DNA of 64,000 nucleotides from an uncultured Solirubrobacterales bacterium. Lineage in GTDB: Bacteria > Actinomycetota > Thermoleophilia > Solirubrobacterales > 70-9. This document shows positions 32,939 to 41,878 of this stretch, one piece after another; positions within the stretch are counted from its first letter, which is position 1, and each line of letters begins with the position of its first letter. A model generated the notes under the pieces. That model searched no databases. It saw only the letters and a program-made list of their open reading frames with translations, and had not been told where the DNA came from. The stretch is from positions 1,805,782 through 1,869,781 of the forward strand of contig OY969802.1 in the NCBI GenBank assembly GCA_963703235.1, written 5' to 3'. The translations under genes were made by a program, and so were the position numbers.

Positions 32939-35203
32939 TCAGCCTTTGGCGGCCGCTTTGGCGCGTTTACGGCGGCGCGTGCCGGTGTCCGCCTTGCTCG
33001 GCTTCGGAGCCTTGCCGTCCTCCGAGCCGTCCGGCGGCGGCTTCTCCTCCATCGCCTTCGCCGCTTTCGCCGCTTCGCGCTCGGCGCGGCGTTTCTTCAT
33101 CTCCTGCATCGACTCGCAGTCGTCGTTGAGGCAGAGGTTCCAGGGCCGGCCACGGAAGGGGACGACTTTGAGCCGCGGCGTGCGGTCGCAGACCGAGCAG
33201 CGCTCTTCGAGGCGGAAGACGTCGCCGCGCTGGGGCAGCGGGAAGGTCTGGTCGCAGGAGTCCGGGTCGTCGAGGGTCCAGCCGGTGCAACCGACGAACC
33301 GTTTGCCCGATTTTTTCGCCCGGATGATCCGCAGCATGTGGGGCGAGCCGTCCTCCTTCTTTCGGCCGGCTTCCTCGCAGACCTTGCAGGGGCCGAGGAT
33401 GCGGTCCTCGTCCATCCCTTTCCAGACGACTTTGGCCAGGTCCTCGCGACTCTCGTCGATCTCCGACCAGGTCTTGTGCAGCAAGTCGCGGCTATCGCCG
33501 ACCACCTCGCCCTTGGTCATCTGCCCGGCCGCGATCCGGTCCATCTCCTCCTCGAGCTGGGCGGTCATCTCCGGCGTCGCCATCGCCGGCACGTATTTGT
33601 TGAACGCCTCGTAGAGGGCGATGCCGGTCTCCGAGGGAACCGGGGGGTTGGCGTAGACGTAGCCGCGGTCGAAGAGCTTCTGGATGATGTCGGCGCGGGT
33701 CGCTTTGGTGCCGAGGCCGCGCTCCTCCATCATCTCGATCAGTTTCGCCTGCGAGATGCGTCCCGGCGGCTGGGTCTCCTTGTCGACAATCCAGGGCTGG
33801 CCGTCGAGATCGAGCTGCTGGCCCTCCTGCAGCGCCGGGATCTCCTCGTCAGAGGAGCGGGCGTAGGTGTAGATGCCGGCGTAGCCGGGGTCGACGACGA
33901 CCGAGCCGCGGACGAAGTAGGTCTGCGAGCCGGCCTCGATGTCGGCCCGGGTCGACTCGGTGATCATCGGCGGGCAGAAGGTGGCGAGGAAGCGGCGCAC
34001 GACCAGTTCGTAGACCCGCTTCTTCGGACCCTCGAGGGCGCCGGGGTGGATCGCCTGGGTCGGGTAGATCGGCGGGTGGTCGGTGGTCTCTTTCTTGCCA
34101 CGGGTGGGGGTCAGCTGTGGCTGGTCGAGCAGGCCGGCGGCGGCCGAGAACTCCTTGACCCGGACCAGCGAGGAGACCAGCTCGCGCAGCGGCAGCGAGG
34201 CCGGGTAGACGGTGTTGTCGGTGCGCGGGTAGGAGATGAAGCCGTCCATGTAGAGGTCCTCGGCGATCCGCATCGCGCTGGCGGGGGTGATGCCGAGGCG
34301 GCTGGAGGCGTCGGTGCTGAAGGCGGTGGTGTTGTAGGGCGTCGGCGGCTTGCGGGTGTTCTTGCGGGCGGTGACCGACTTGACCGTGCCGGGGCTGGCG
34401 GTGCCGGCCAGCGCGGCGTCGGCCTCTGCTTTCTCCCAGAATTTGTCGGTCGCGTGGTGCGCCTCGAAGCTGCCGTCGGGATGCTGGAACTTGGCGAAAA
34501 GCTCCCAGAACGGTTTGGCGACGTGGGCGCGGCGCTCCATCTCGCGCTCGACGATCAGGCCCAGGGTCGGGCTCTGGACGCGGCCGACCGAGAGGAAGTT
34601 GGAGCCGAAGCGGCGGGTGGCGAGGGAGACGGCGCGGGTCAGCGTCGCCCCCCAGAGCAGGTCGATGTCCTGGCGGGCGGCGCCGGCGTTGGCCAATGGG
34701 TAGGAGAGCTCGTCGAGCTCGTCGAAGGCGCGCTCGATCTCTTCCTTGGTCAGGGCCGAGTAGCGGGCGCGCTCGATCCGCAGCGTGCCGGCGTCGGCTT
34801 CCTCGCGGCTGCCCAGCTCCGGGTTGGCGTCGAGCATCTCCTCCAGCGCCTCCAGCCCGATCAGCTCGCCCTCGCGGTCGAAGTCGGTGGCGATCACCAG
34901 CTCGTCCGCCTCTTTGGCCATTTTCCTGATCGCTTTGACGACGTTTTTGTCGGTCGGCTCCTTGATCAGCTTGGCGTCGATCAGGTCGTGCAGGTCGGTC
35001 TTCTGCCAGTTCGAGTAGCCCTCCGGGAAGGAGGGGCCGAGGACGTGGCCCTTAAGGCCGATCGTCATCTGCTCGCGCCCGTCCCCGTCGGTCCAGGTGT
35101 AGAAGGGGACTTTGTAGGTTTTGTCCGCCTTCGCCTCGCCGCGGCCGAGGATGTCGGCGATCTTCTTGGCGCTGTTGTTCTTCTCGGTGACTATGAGTCG
35201 CAT
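32939..35203 (-). CDS. topA: DNA topoisomerase I (type IA) with C-terminal zinc-ribbon repeats and a basic tail
   Basis: Uses an internal ATG (35203) of track ORF 32939..36448. The protein starts MRLIVTEKNNSAKKIADILG (TOPRIM). Motifs SYPRTDN, CKVCEE...C and CSVCD...C. Confidence 0.9.
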   Translation of the reverse strand: MRLIVTEKNNSAKKIADILGRGEAKADKTYKVPFYTWTDGDGREQMTIGLKGHVLGPSFPEGYSNWQKTDLHDLIDAKLIKEPTDKNVVKAIRKMAKEADELVIATDFDREGELIGLEALEEMLDANPELGSREEADAGTLRIERARYSALTKEEIERAFDELDELSYPLANAGAARQDIDLLWGATLTRAVSLATRRFGSNFLSVGRVQSPTLGLIVEREMERRAHVAKPFWELFAKFQHPDGSFEAHHATDKFWEKAEADAALAGTASPGTVKSVTARKNTRKPPTPYNTTAFSTDASSRLGITPASAMRIAEDLYMDGFISYPRTDNTVYPASLPLRELVSSLVRVKEFSAAAGLLDQPQLTPTRGKKETTDHPPIYPTQAIHPGALEGPKKRVYELVVRRFLATFCPPMITESTRADIEAGSQTYFVRGSVVVDPGYAGIYTYARSSDEEIPALQEGQQLDLDGQPWIVDKETQPPGRISQAKLIEMMEERGLGTKATRADIIQKLFDRGYVYANPPVPSETGIALYEAFNKYVPAMATPEMTAQLEEEMDRIAAGQMTKGEVVGDSRDLLHKTWSEIDESREDLAKVVWKGMDEDRILGPCKVCEEAGRKKEDGSPHMLRIIRAKKSGKRFVGCTGWTLDDPDSCDQTFPLPQRGDVFRLEERCSVCDRTPRLKVVPFRGRPWNLCLNDDCESMQEMKKRRAEREAAKAAKAMEEKPPPDGSEDGKAPKPSKADTGTRRRKRAKAAAKG

Positions 35204-35260
35204 CGGCGGGCGAGCGTAGCAGGGCCGTTCGGCGACCCCTGTCATAGGATCGACGCGTTC

Positions 35261-36193
35261 ATGAGGGCTCTTGTCACCGGCGGGGCGGGGTTTATCGGGT
35301 CGAACCTGGTCGATGCGCTGCTGGCGCGCGGCGACGAGGTGGCCGTGGTCGACGACCTCTCGACCGGCCGGCGGCAGAACCTCGACGACGCCCTGGGGGG
35401 AGGGGCGCAGCTGAGCGAGCTGGACATCCGCGAGGGGGCGGCGCTGAGCGAGCTCTTCGCCGAGCGGCGGCCCGAGGTCGTCTTCCACCTGGCGGCGCAG
35501 ATCGACGTCCGCAGGTCGGTGGCGGACCCCGCCTTCGACGCCTCGATCAACGTCGGCGGCACCGCCAACGTGCTGGAAGCGGCGCGGCTGGCCGGTGCCG
35601 GGCGGGTCGTCTTCATCTCCACCGGCGGCGCGATCTACGGCGAGGGCGAGGGTCAGCAGCTGCCGCTGCCGGAGGGGGCGCCGATCGCGCCGCTCTCCCC
35701 CTACGGCCAGAGCAAGTGCGCGGCGGAGGGATACGTCGCCCTCTACGAACGGCTCTACGGCCTCTCCGGCGTCAGCCTGCGGCTGGGCAACGTCTACGGG
35801 CCGCGCCAGGACCCGCTCGGCGAGGCGGGGGTGATCGCGATCTTCTGCGGGCGCCTGCGGGCGGGCGAGCGCCCGACCGTCTACGGCGACGGCAAACAGA
35901 CCCGCGACTACATATATGTGGGCGACGTGGTTGCGGCCGCGCTCGCCGCGGCGGAGTCCAAGGCGAGCGGGCCGATCAACGTCGGCACCGGAGTCGAGAC
36001 CGACGTGCTGGAGCTGGCGGCCCGACTGGGCGAGCTGGGCGAGAGCGCCGGATTCGAACCCGAGTTCGCCCCCGAGCGCACCGGCGAGGTGCAGCGGGTC
36101 TCGATCGATCCGGGGCGGGCCGAGCGCGAGCTGGGCTGGCGGGCGCAGACCGGGCTCGAAGAGGGCCTGCGGCTGACGCTCGACGCGGTCTGA
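35261..36193 (+). CDS. NAD-dependent epimerase/dehydratase (UDP-glucose 4-epimerase family)
   Basis: Uses an internal ATG (35261) of the artefactual track ORF 31889..36193. Motifs MRALVTGGAGFIGSNL and YGQSK. Confidence 0.85.
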   Translation: MRALVTGGAGFIGSNLVDALLARGDEVAVVDDLSTGRRQNLDDALGGGAQLSELDIREGAALSELFAERRPEVVFHLAAQIDVRRSVADPAFDASINVGGTANVLEAARLAGAGRVVFISTGGAIYGEGEGQQLPLPEGAPIAPLSPYGQSKCAAEGYVALYERLYGLSGVSLRLGNVYGPRQDPLGEAGVIAIFCGRLRAGERPTVYGDGKQTRDYIYVGDVVAAALAAAESKASGPINVGTGVETDVLELAARLGELGESAGFEPEFAPERTGEVQRVSIDPGRAERELGWRAQTGLEEGLRLTLDAV

Positions 36194-36301
36194 GAAAACG
36201 CCACCACTAGTCTTTGACCCATGCCCGCCCAGGCCTACGCCGGCAAGGAGTGCGTGTGTCAGCTCCGCAAGGGGATCTGCGACCAGTCGTGCGTGCGCGA
36301 C

Positions 36302-36967
36302 ATGCTCGAGACCCCCTTCTACATCGCCTGCCTGAAGCTGAAGGGGCGGCGCTGCCTGGTTGTCGGCGGCGGCGACATCGGCCTGGAGAAGGTCGAGGGG
36401 CTGCTCGCCTGCGACGCCGACGTGACGCTGATCGCGCCGGTTGCCCATCCGGAGCTGGAGTCGCTGGCGGCGGAGGGCTCGATCGAGTGGGAGAAGCGCG
36501 TCTACGCCGGGAAGGCCGACCTGGAGGGCGCCTTCATGGTCATCGCCGCGACCGACGACAGCGAGGTCAACATCGGCGTCTACGACGACGCCGAGCGGCG
36601 GGCGATGCTGGTCAACGTCGTCGACGTGCCGCCGCTCTGCAACTTCATCCTGCCGGCGATCGTCCGCAGCGGCCCGCTGGCGATCGCGATCTCGACCGCC
36701 GGCGCCTCCCCCGCCCTGGCGAAGCGGATGAAGCGCGAGGTCTCGGAGCTGTTCGGCGAGGAGTACGCGCGGCTGGCGGTGATCCTCAACGACGCCCGCG
36801 GCTGGGCGAAGGGGACGCTGCCGACCTACCAGGACCGCAAGGAGTTCTTCGAGGGCATCGTCAACGGCGAGCCCGACCCGGTGGGCCTGATCCGCGCGGG
36901 CCGCGAGACCGAGGTCCTGGCCCTGATCGAGGCCGCGAAAGAGCGCGCCGCGGCGGCGTTGGCCTGA
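36302..36967 (+). CDS. precorrin-2 dehydrogenase / sirohydrochlorin ferrochelatase (siroheme synthase N-terminal domain type)
   Basis: The track ORF starts at 36221. The ATG at 36302 gives the usual N-terminus. Motifs [14 protein letters not shown] and [20 protein letters not shown]. Confidence 0.75.
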   Translation: MLETPFYIACLKLKGRRCLVVGGGDIGLEKVEGLLACDADVTLIAPVAHPELESLAAEGSIEWEKRVYAGKADLEGAFMVIAATDDSEVNIGVYDDAERRAMLVNVVDVPPLCNFILPAIVRSGPLAIAISTAGASPALAKRMKREVSELFGEEYARLAVILNDARGWAKGTLPTYQDRKEFFEGIVNGEPDPVGLIRAGRETEVLALIEAAKERAAAALA

Positions 36968-36968
36968 C

Positions 36969-37014
36969 GAGATTCGCGTTTGGCCCCTGTCAGGGGCTCA
37001 ACGTGAACCTCGTC
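36969..37014. repeat. 46-bp palindromic element (type 2), intergenic copy; probably serves as a bidirectional terminator hairpin
   Basis: gagattcgcgtttGGCCCCTgtcAGGGGCtcaacgtgaacctcgtc lies between the convergent sirC-like and hemolysin III genes. It is homologous, as the reverse complement, to 59556..59601 inside nuoG. Confidence 0.6.
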
Positions 37015-37018
37015 TTCT

Positions 37019-37723
37019 TCAGGCCTCCGGCAGGGCGAAGAAGGCGACGGCGGCGAAGTGGGCGGCGGCGGCGAGGATGACGAAGAGGTGGAAGACCTCG
37101 TGGTAGCCGAAGACGCGCGGGTTGGGGTTGGGCCGCTGGGTGGCGTAGACGATGGCGCCGGCGGTGTAGAGGAGACCGCCGGCGGCGACCAGCAGGGTGC
37201 CGGCGGCGCCCATTTCGCTCCATAGCGCCGGGAAGGGGATAACCGCGATCCAGCCCAGCGAGAGGTAGACGAGCGCCGCCACCCATTTCGGGTGCTCGAT
37301 CCAGAGGATCTCGACGACCGCCCCGGCGACGGCGCCGACCCAGACGGCGACGAGGATCGCGTCGGCAAGGGCGCCGTCCAGCGCCAGCAGCGCGAAGGGC
37401 GTGTAGGTGCCGGCGATGAGGAAGAAGATCATCGAGTGATCCAGCCGGCGCATCCAGCGGCGCAGGTCCGGCCGCTTCCAGTCGACGCGGTGGTAGAGAG
37501 CGCTGGTGCCGAGCAGGGCCGAGAGGCTGGCGGCGTAGATGGCGACGGCCAGAGTCGCCCGCGGGGTCTCGGCGGCGGCGATCAGGGCGACGCCGAGCCC
37601 GAGCGAGACGAAGAAGGCCCACTCGTGCGAGACGCCCCGCAGCTTCGGTTTGACCGCCGCTACCGCGTCGGATGCAATTTCCTTTGCAGATTCCGCCTTT
37701 TCGGCGGCCCTTGCCCGCACCAT
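37019..37723 (-). CDS. hemolysin III / PAQR family membrane protein
   Basis: The track ORF extends to 37786. The ATG at 37723 is plausible. Motifs SHEWAF..., LYHR, DHSMIFFLIAGTYTPF and HEVFHLFV. Confidence 0.8.
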   Translation of the reverse strand: MVRARAAEKAESAKEIASDAVAAVKPKLRGVSHEWAFFVSLGLGVALIAAAETPRATLAVAIYAASLSALLGTSALYHRVDWKRPDLRRWMRRLDHSMIFFLIAGTYTPFALLALDGALADAILVAVWVGAVAGAVVEILWIEHPKWVAALVYLSLGWIAVIPFPALWSEMGAAGTLLVAAGGLLYTAGAIVYATQRPNPNPRVFGYHEVFHLFVILAAAAHFAAVAFFALPEA

Positions 37724-37854
37724 CTTCTTGTCACCATAGAGGAGAAAGGCGCGAAATCTGCGGCGTTTGCGGGGTCCTCCGCACAAAAGTGCGTCCGGCC
37801 TGTCAACGATCCTGGATAGCTCCCCCCAAAAGCCGCCCCGAGAGGAGAAGTTCG

Positions 37855-40683
37855 ATGTCCAAGACCGCCACCAGCGCTTCCAAAACCGGTCTCCAGGGGC
37901 TGGCGATCGAGCGCAGATTCTCCTCCCCCGGCACGCATCCCTTCGACGAGATCGAGTGGGAGCTGCGCGATGCGGTGATCGGCGATCCCGAGCAGCCGGC
38001 CTTCGCCCAGCGCGAGGTCGAGTTCCCGGTGAGCTGGTCGCAGAACGCGACCAACATCGTCGCCCAGAAGTACTTCCGCGGGCAGTTGGGGAGCGAGAAG
38101 CGGGAGCGCTCGGTGAAAGAGATGATCGGCCGGGTCGCCGGGACGATCTCCGAGTGGGGGCGCGAGGGGGGCTACTTCGCCAGCGATGAGGACGCCGAGG
38201 CCTTCGAGGCCGAGCTGACCTCGATCCTGCTCAACCAGAAGGCGGCCTTCAACTCGCCGGTCTGGTTCAACGTCGGCTTCGAGGAGCAGCCGCAGTGCTC
38301 GGCCTGCTTCATCCTCAGCGTCGAGGACAACATCGAGTCGATCCTCGACTGGAACACCAAGGAGGGGATGATCTTCCGTGGCGGCTCCGGCTCGGGGATC
38401 AACCTCTCGAGGATCCGCAGCTCCAAGGAGCAGCTCTCAAAGGGCGGCCTGGCCTCGGGGCCGGTCAGCTTCATGCGCGGCGCCGACGCCTGGGCGGGGA
38501 CGATCAAGTCCGGCGGCAAGACGCGGCGCGCCGCCAAGATGGTCGTGCTCGACGTCGACCACCCCGACATCGTGGACTTCATCTGGTGCAAGGCCAAAGA
38601 GGAGGAGAAGGCGGCGGCGCTGCGCGACGCCGGCTTCGACATGCGGCTCGACAGCGACTCCTTCCACTCCATCCAGTACCAGAACGCCAACAACTCGGTG
38701 CGGGTGACCGATGAGTTCATGGAGGCGGTCGAGGCGGGCGAGGACTGGCACCTGACCGCGCGCACCACCGGCGAGGCGATCGAGACGCTGCCGGCGCGCG
38801 AGCTGATGAACCAGATCGCCGACGCGGCTTGGCGCTGCGCCGATCCGGGCGTCCAGTACGACACGATCATCAACCGCTGGCACACCTGCCCGGAGTCGGG
38901 GCGGATCAACGCCTCCAACCCCTGCAGCGAGTACATGCACGTCGACGACTCGGCCTGCAACCTGGCCTCGCTCAACCTGATGAAGTTCCGCCGCGAGGAC
39001 GGGTCGTTCGACGTCGAGGACTTCCAGCACGCGGTCGACGTCGTCTTCCTCGCGCAGGAGATCGTCGTCGGCTGCTCCAGCTACCCGACCGAGCAGATCG
39101 CCGAGAACGCCAACGCCTTCCGCCAGCTCGGCCTCGGCTACGCCAACCTAGGCGCCCTGCTGATGTCCGACGGCCTCCCTTACGACTCCGACGAGGGCCG
39201 CCACGTCGCCGCCGCGATTACGGCGTTGATGACCGGCCGCGCCTACCGCCAGTCGGCGTTGATCGCCGCCGAGGCGACCGGGCCCTACGACGAGTACGAG
39301 AAGAACCGCGAGGCCCACAACGGCGTCATGCGGATGCACCGCGACGCCGCCTACGACGTTCCCACCGTAGGGATCAAGGGCGAGCTGCTGGAGGCGGCGC
39401 AGGGGGCCTGGGACGAGGCGGTCGAGCTGGGCGAGGAGCACGGCTACCGCAACGCGCAGGCGACGGTGCTGGCGCCGACCGGGACGATCAGCTTCCTGAT
39501 GGACTGCGACACGACCGGGATCGAGCCCGACTTCTCGCTGGTCAAGTTCAAGGAGCTGGTCGGCGGCGGGCAGATGACGATCGTCAACAAATCGGTGCCG
39601 CTGGCGCTGCGCACGCTCGGCTACGCCGAGCCGCAGGTCGAGCAGATCGACGCCTACATCGCCGAGCAGAGCACGATCGTCGGCGCGCCGGGCCTGAAGG
39701 ACGAGCACCTGCCGGTCTTCGACGTCGCGGTCGGCGAGCGGGCCATCTCGCACACCGGCCACATCGACATGATGGCGGCGACCCAGCCCTTCATCTCGGG
39801 CGCGATCTCGAAGACGGTCAACCTGCCGCAGAGCGCGACGGTCGAGGACATCGCCGACGCCTACACGCGCGGCTGGAAGGGCGGCCTCAAGGCCCTCGCC
39901 ATCTACCGCGACGGCTCGAAGACGGCGCAGGCGCTGCGCACCGACGCCCAGGACGAGAAGGAGGCCGAGGCGGCGCTCGTCGCGGCGCCGCCGGAGCGCA
40001 AGCGGATGCCGCGCGAGCGCGAGTCGATCACCCACAAGTTCTGGATCGCCGGCCACGAGGGCTACATCACCGCCGGCAAGTACGAGGACGGCTCGGTCGG
40101 CGAGATCTTCCTCACCGACATCGGCAAGGAGGGCTCGACGATGCGGGGGCTGCTGAACGCCTTCGCGACGGCGATCTCGATCGGGCTCCAGTACGGCGTC
40201 CCGCTCGAGGTCTTCGTGCGCAAGTTCAGCTACATGCGCTTCGAGCCGGAGGGGATGACGCAGAACCCGGAGATCCCCTTCGCCAAATCGATGCCGGACT
40301 ACATCATGCGCTGGCTGGCGAGCCGCTTCGTCGAGGACACCGAGACGCTGGAGGACCTCGGCATCCTCACCGACGAGGTGCGGGCCAAGCGCGACGCCGA
40401 GACGAGCCAGCTCGGGCTCGGAATCGCCACCGGCGACACCGCCGGCCCGGCCAACGGCGGAGCCAAGCCCGGTAACGGGAACGGCGGCAACGGCGCCGAG
40501 AAGAAGGCGCCGGGCAAGGGCGTGCCGGCGGCAGAGGCGATGACCGAAACCCCGCCGGTGGTCCCGGCCAAGATGTCCGGCCTGGAGCTCGGCCCGGCCT
40601 GCGAGCAGTGCGGCGGCATGATGCAGCGAACGGGATCCTGCTACACGTGCAGCAGCTGCGGCAATAACACCGGCTGCGGCTGA
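37855..40683 (+). CDS. nrdJ: class II (adenosylcobalamin-dependent) ribonucleotide reductase
   Basis: Uses an internal ATG (37855) that follows gagaggagaag. Motifs NPCSEY and CNLASLNL. C-terminal zinc ribbon CEQCGG...CYTCSSCG. Confidence 0.9.
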   Translation: MSKTATSASKTGLQGLAIERRFSSPGTHPFDEIEWELRDAVIGDPEQPAFAQREVEFPVSWSQNATNIVAQKYFRGQLGSEKRERSVKEMIGRVAGTISEWGREGGYFASDEDAEAFEAELTSILLNQKAAFNSPVWFNVGFEEQPQCSACFILSVEDNIESILDWNTKEGMIFRGGSGSGINLSRIRSSKEQLSKGGLASGPVSFMRGADAWAGTIKSGGKTRRAAKMVVLDVDHPDIVDFIWCKAKEEEKAAALRDAGFDMRLDSDSFHSIQYQNANNSVRVTDEFMEAVEAGEDWHLTARTTGEAIETLPARELMNQIADAAWRCADPGVQYDTIINRWHTCPESGRINASNPCSEYMHVDDSACNLASLNLMKFRREDGSFDVEDFQHAVDVVFLAQEIVVGCSSYPTEQIAENANAFRQLGLGYANLGALLMSDGLPYDSDEGRHVAAAITALMTGRAYRQSALIAAEATGPYDEYEKNREAHNGVMRMHRDAAYDVPTVGIKGELLEAAQGAWDEAVELGEEHGYRNAQATVLAPTGTISFLMDCDTTGIEPDFSLVKFKELVGGGQMTIVNKSVPLALRTLGYAEPQVEQIDAYIAEQSTIVGAPGLKDEHLPVFDVAVGERAISHTGHIDMMAATQPFISGAISKTVNLPQSATVEDIADAYTRGWKGGLKALAIYRDGSKTAQALRTDAQDEKEAEAALVAAPPERKRMPRERESITHKFWIAGHEGYITAGKYEDGSVGEIFLTDIGKEGSTMRGLLNAFATAISIGLQYGVPLEVFVRKFSYMRFEPEGMTQNPEIPFAKSMPDYIMRWLASRFVEDTETLEDLGILTDEVRAKRDAETSQLGLGIATGDTAGPANGGAKPGNGNGGNGAEKKAPGKGVPAAEAMTETPPVVPAKMSGLELGPACEQCGGMMQRTGSCYTCSSCGNNTGCG

Positions 40684-40819
40684 TCTGAGGGCGCCTAGCT
40701 ATAGCTTGCCGCGGGCGGCCTTTGAGGGGTCGAAGGGGTCGCAGTGCGCTCGCTTGGGCGTCGGCGCCAGGCACGTCCCGATCCATCAGTCGGCCTCCGC
40801 GGGTCGTCCTCCATGAGGT

Positions 40820-40836
40820 ATACCCCTAGGGGGTAT
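40820..40836. promoter_or_regulatory. CsoR-type operator palindrome ATACCCC-tag-GGGGTAT next to a TATAGT -10-like hexamer
   Basis: Perfect 7-3-7 palindrome read directly from the sequence. TATAGT lies at 40838-40843, 9 nt upstream of the ATG of the His-rich membrane protein gene. csoR is the next gene downstream. Confidence 0.6.
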
Positions 40837-40851
40837 GTATAGTCCTATCCC

Positions 40852-41442
40852 ATGGATGCCGCCACTCACACCCACGATCATCACCCTCACCACCACGAGA
40901 TGCCGACCGAGGGAGCGGCCCTTACCGCTGTCGCGATCAGCGCCACCCTGCACTGCCTGACCGGCTGCGCGATCGGCGAGGTGACGGGAGTGGCGCTCGG
41001 CACCGCGCTCGGCTTCTCGGACGCCGCCACGATCGCCCTCGCGATCGCCCTCGCCTTTCTCTTCGGCTACGCCCTCACCAGCCTGCCGCTGCTCCGAGCC
41101 GGGCTGGCGCTCTCGGCGGTGGTCCCGATCGCCCTCGCCTCCGACACGCTCAGCATCGCGACGATGGAGATCGTCGACAACGCGATCATCGTCGCCATCC
41201 CCGGCGCGATGGACGCCGGTCTCGACTCGCTCCTCTTCTGGGGCAGCCTCGCCTTCGCCCTGGTCGTCGCCGGCGCCGTCGCGATGCCGGTCAACCGCTG
41301 GCTGATCGCCCGCGGCAAGGGACACGTCGCGGTCCATGAAACGGGCATCCACGGCGGGCCGCCGATCCCCCTCGTGGCGGCGGTCACCGCCGTCGCCGCT
41401 GTCTTCGGCGTCGCCGTCCTTCTCGCGGAGGTACTCTCCTGA
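40852..41442 (+). CDS. DUF4396-like membrane protein with a His-rich N-terminus (metal-related)
   Basis: Track ORF of 196 aa. N-terminus THTHDHHPHHHE, motif HCLTGCAIGE. Co-transcribed with csoR. Confidence 0.7.
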   Translation: MDAATHTHDHHPHHHEMPTEGAALTAVAISATLHCLTGCAIGEVTGVALGTALGFSDAATIALAIALAFLFGYALTSLPLLRAGLALSAVVPIALASDTLSIATMEIVDNAIIVAIPGAMDAGLDSLLFWGSLAFALVVAGAVAMPVNRWLIARGKGHVAVHETGIHGGPPIPLVAAVTAVAAVFGVAVLLAEVLS

Positions 41443-41500
41443 TGGGCTGTGGCGGCTTTCCGCTGATATTCATCGGTAACTCGCCACAGGGGGAAACTCG

Positions 41501-41794
41501 ATGAGCGACGCGATCGAGACCCGTGGCTATACCGAGAACAAGCACGCCGTGCTCAAGCGCCTGCGCCGGATCGAGGGGCAGGTGCGGGGAGTCGAGCGGA
41601 TGGTCGAGGAGGACCGCTACTGCATCGACGTCGTCACCCAGGTCACCGCGATCCAGGCCGCGCTCGACAAGGTGGCGCTGGAGCTGCTCGGCGACCACGC
41701 CTCCCACTGCGTGGTCGGCGCAGCCGAAGCCGATCAGCCGGCGCGGACCGAGGAGCTGATGGGCGCCGTCAAGCGCCTGCTGCGGCACGGCTGA
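41501..41794 (+). CDS. csoR: CsoR/RcnR-family metal-sensing transcriptional repressor
   Basis: Track ORF of 97 aa. Motif LKRLRRIEGQVRGVERMVEEDRYCIDV with the C-H-C ligand set (RYC...HASHC). Confidence 0.85.
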   Translation: MSDAIETRGYTENKHAVLKRLRRIEGQVRGVERMVEEDRYCIDVVTQVTAIQAALDKVALELLGDHASHCVVGAAEADQPARTEELMGAVKRLLRHG

Positions 41795-41878
41795 CGGCCG
41801 GCGCATATCTGCGTCCTCGGTCGCTCGCGTGCAGAGCACGCCACGCTCCCTGCGTCCTTGATCTGCTTGGCCGCAGGC

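Noticed and set aside
31889-35260. The upstream 1124 codons of track ORF 31889..36193, and the upstream extension (35204..36448) of the topA ORF
   Set aside because: Both are antisense to holB, tmk and topA, or to the epimerase gene respectively, and are compositionally aberrant. The real genes start at the internal ATGs 35261 and 35203.
36040-36062. tRNA-like T-loop string (reverse complement GGTTCGAATCC)
   Set aside because: The flanks do not form a T-stem or acceptor stem. The string lies inside a well-supported epimerase CDS, where it encodes AGFEPEF. It is a coincidental match.
37724-37854. Looked for a cobalamin riboswitch or NrdR boxes upstream of nrdJ
   Set aside because: The gap is only about 130 bp. 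I see no B12-box-like core and no pair of 16-bp NrdR palindromes, only a weak CACAAAAGTG. That is not enough to call.
40818-40838. Possible relationship between the CsoR operator (GGTATACCCCTAGGGGGTAT) and the type 1 element TIR (CCGGTATCCCCTCC)
   Set aside because: The similarity is limited to a short C/G-run motif and the spacing and flanks differ. I treat it as coincidence.
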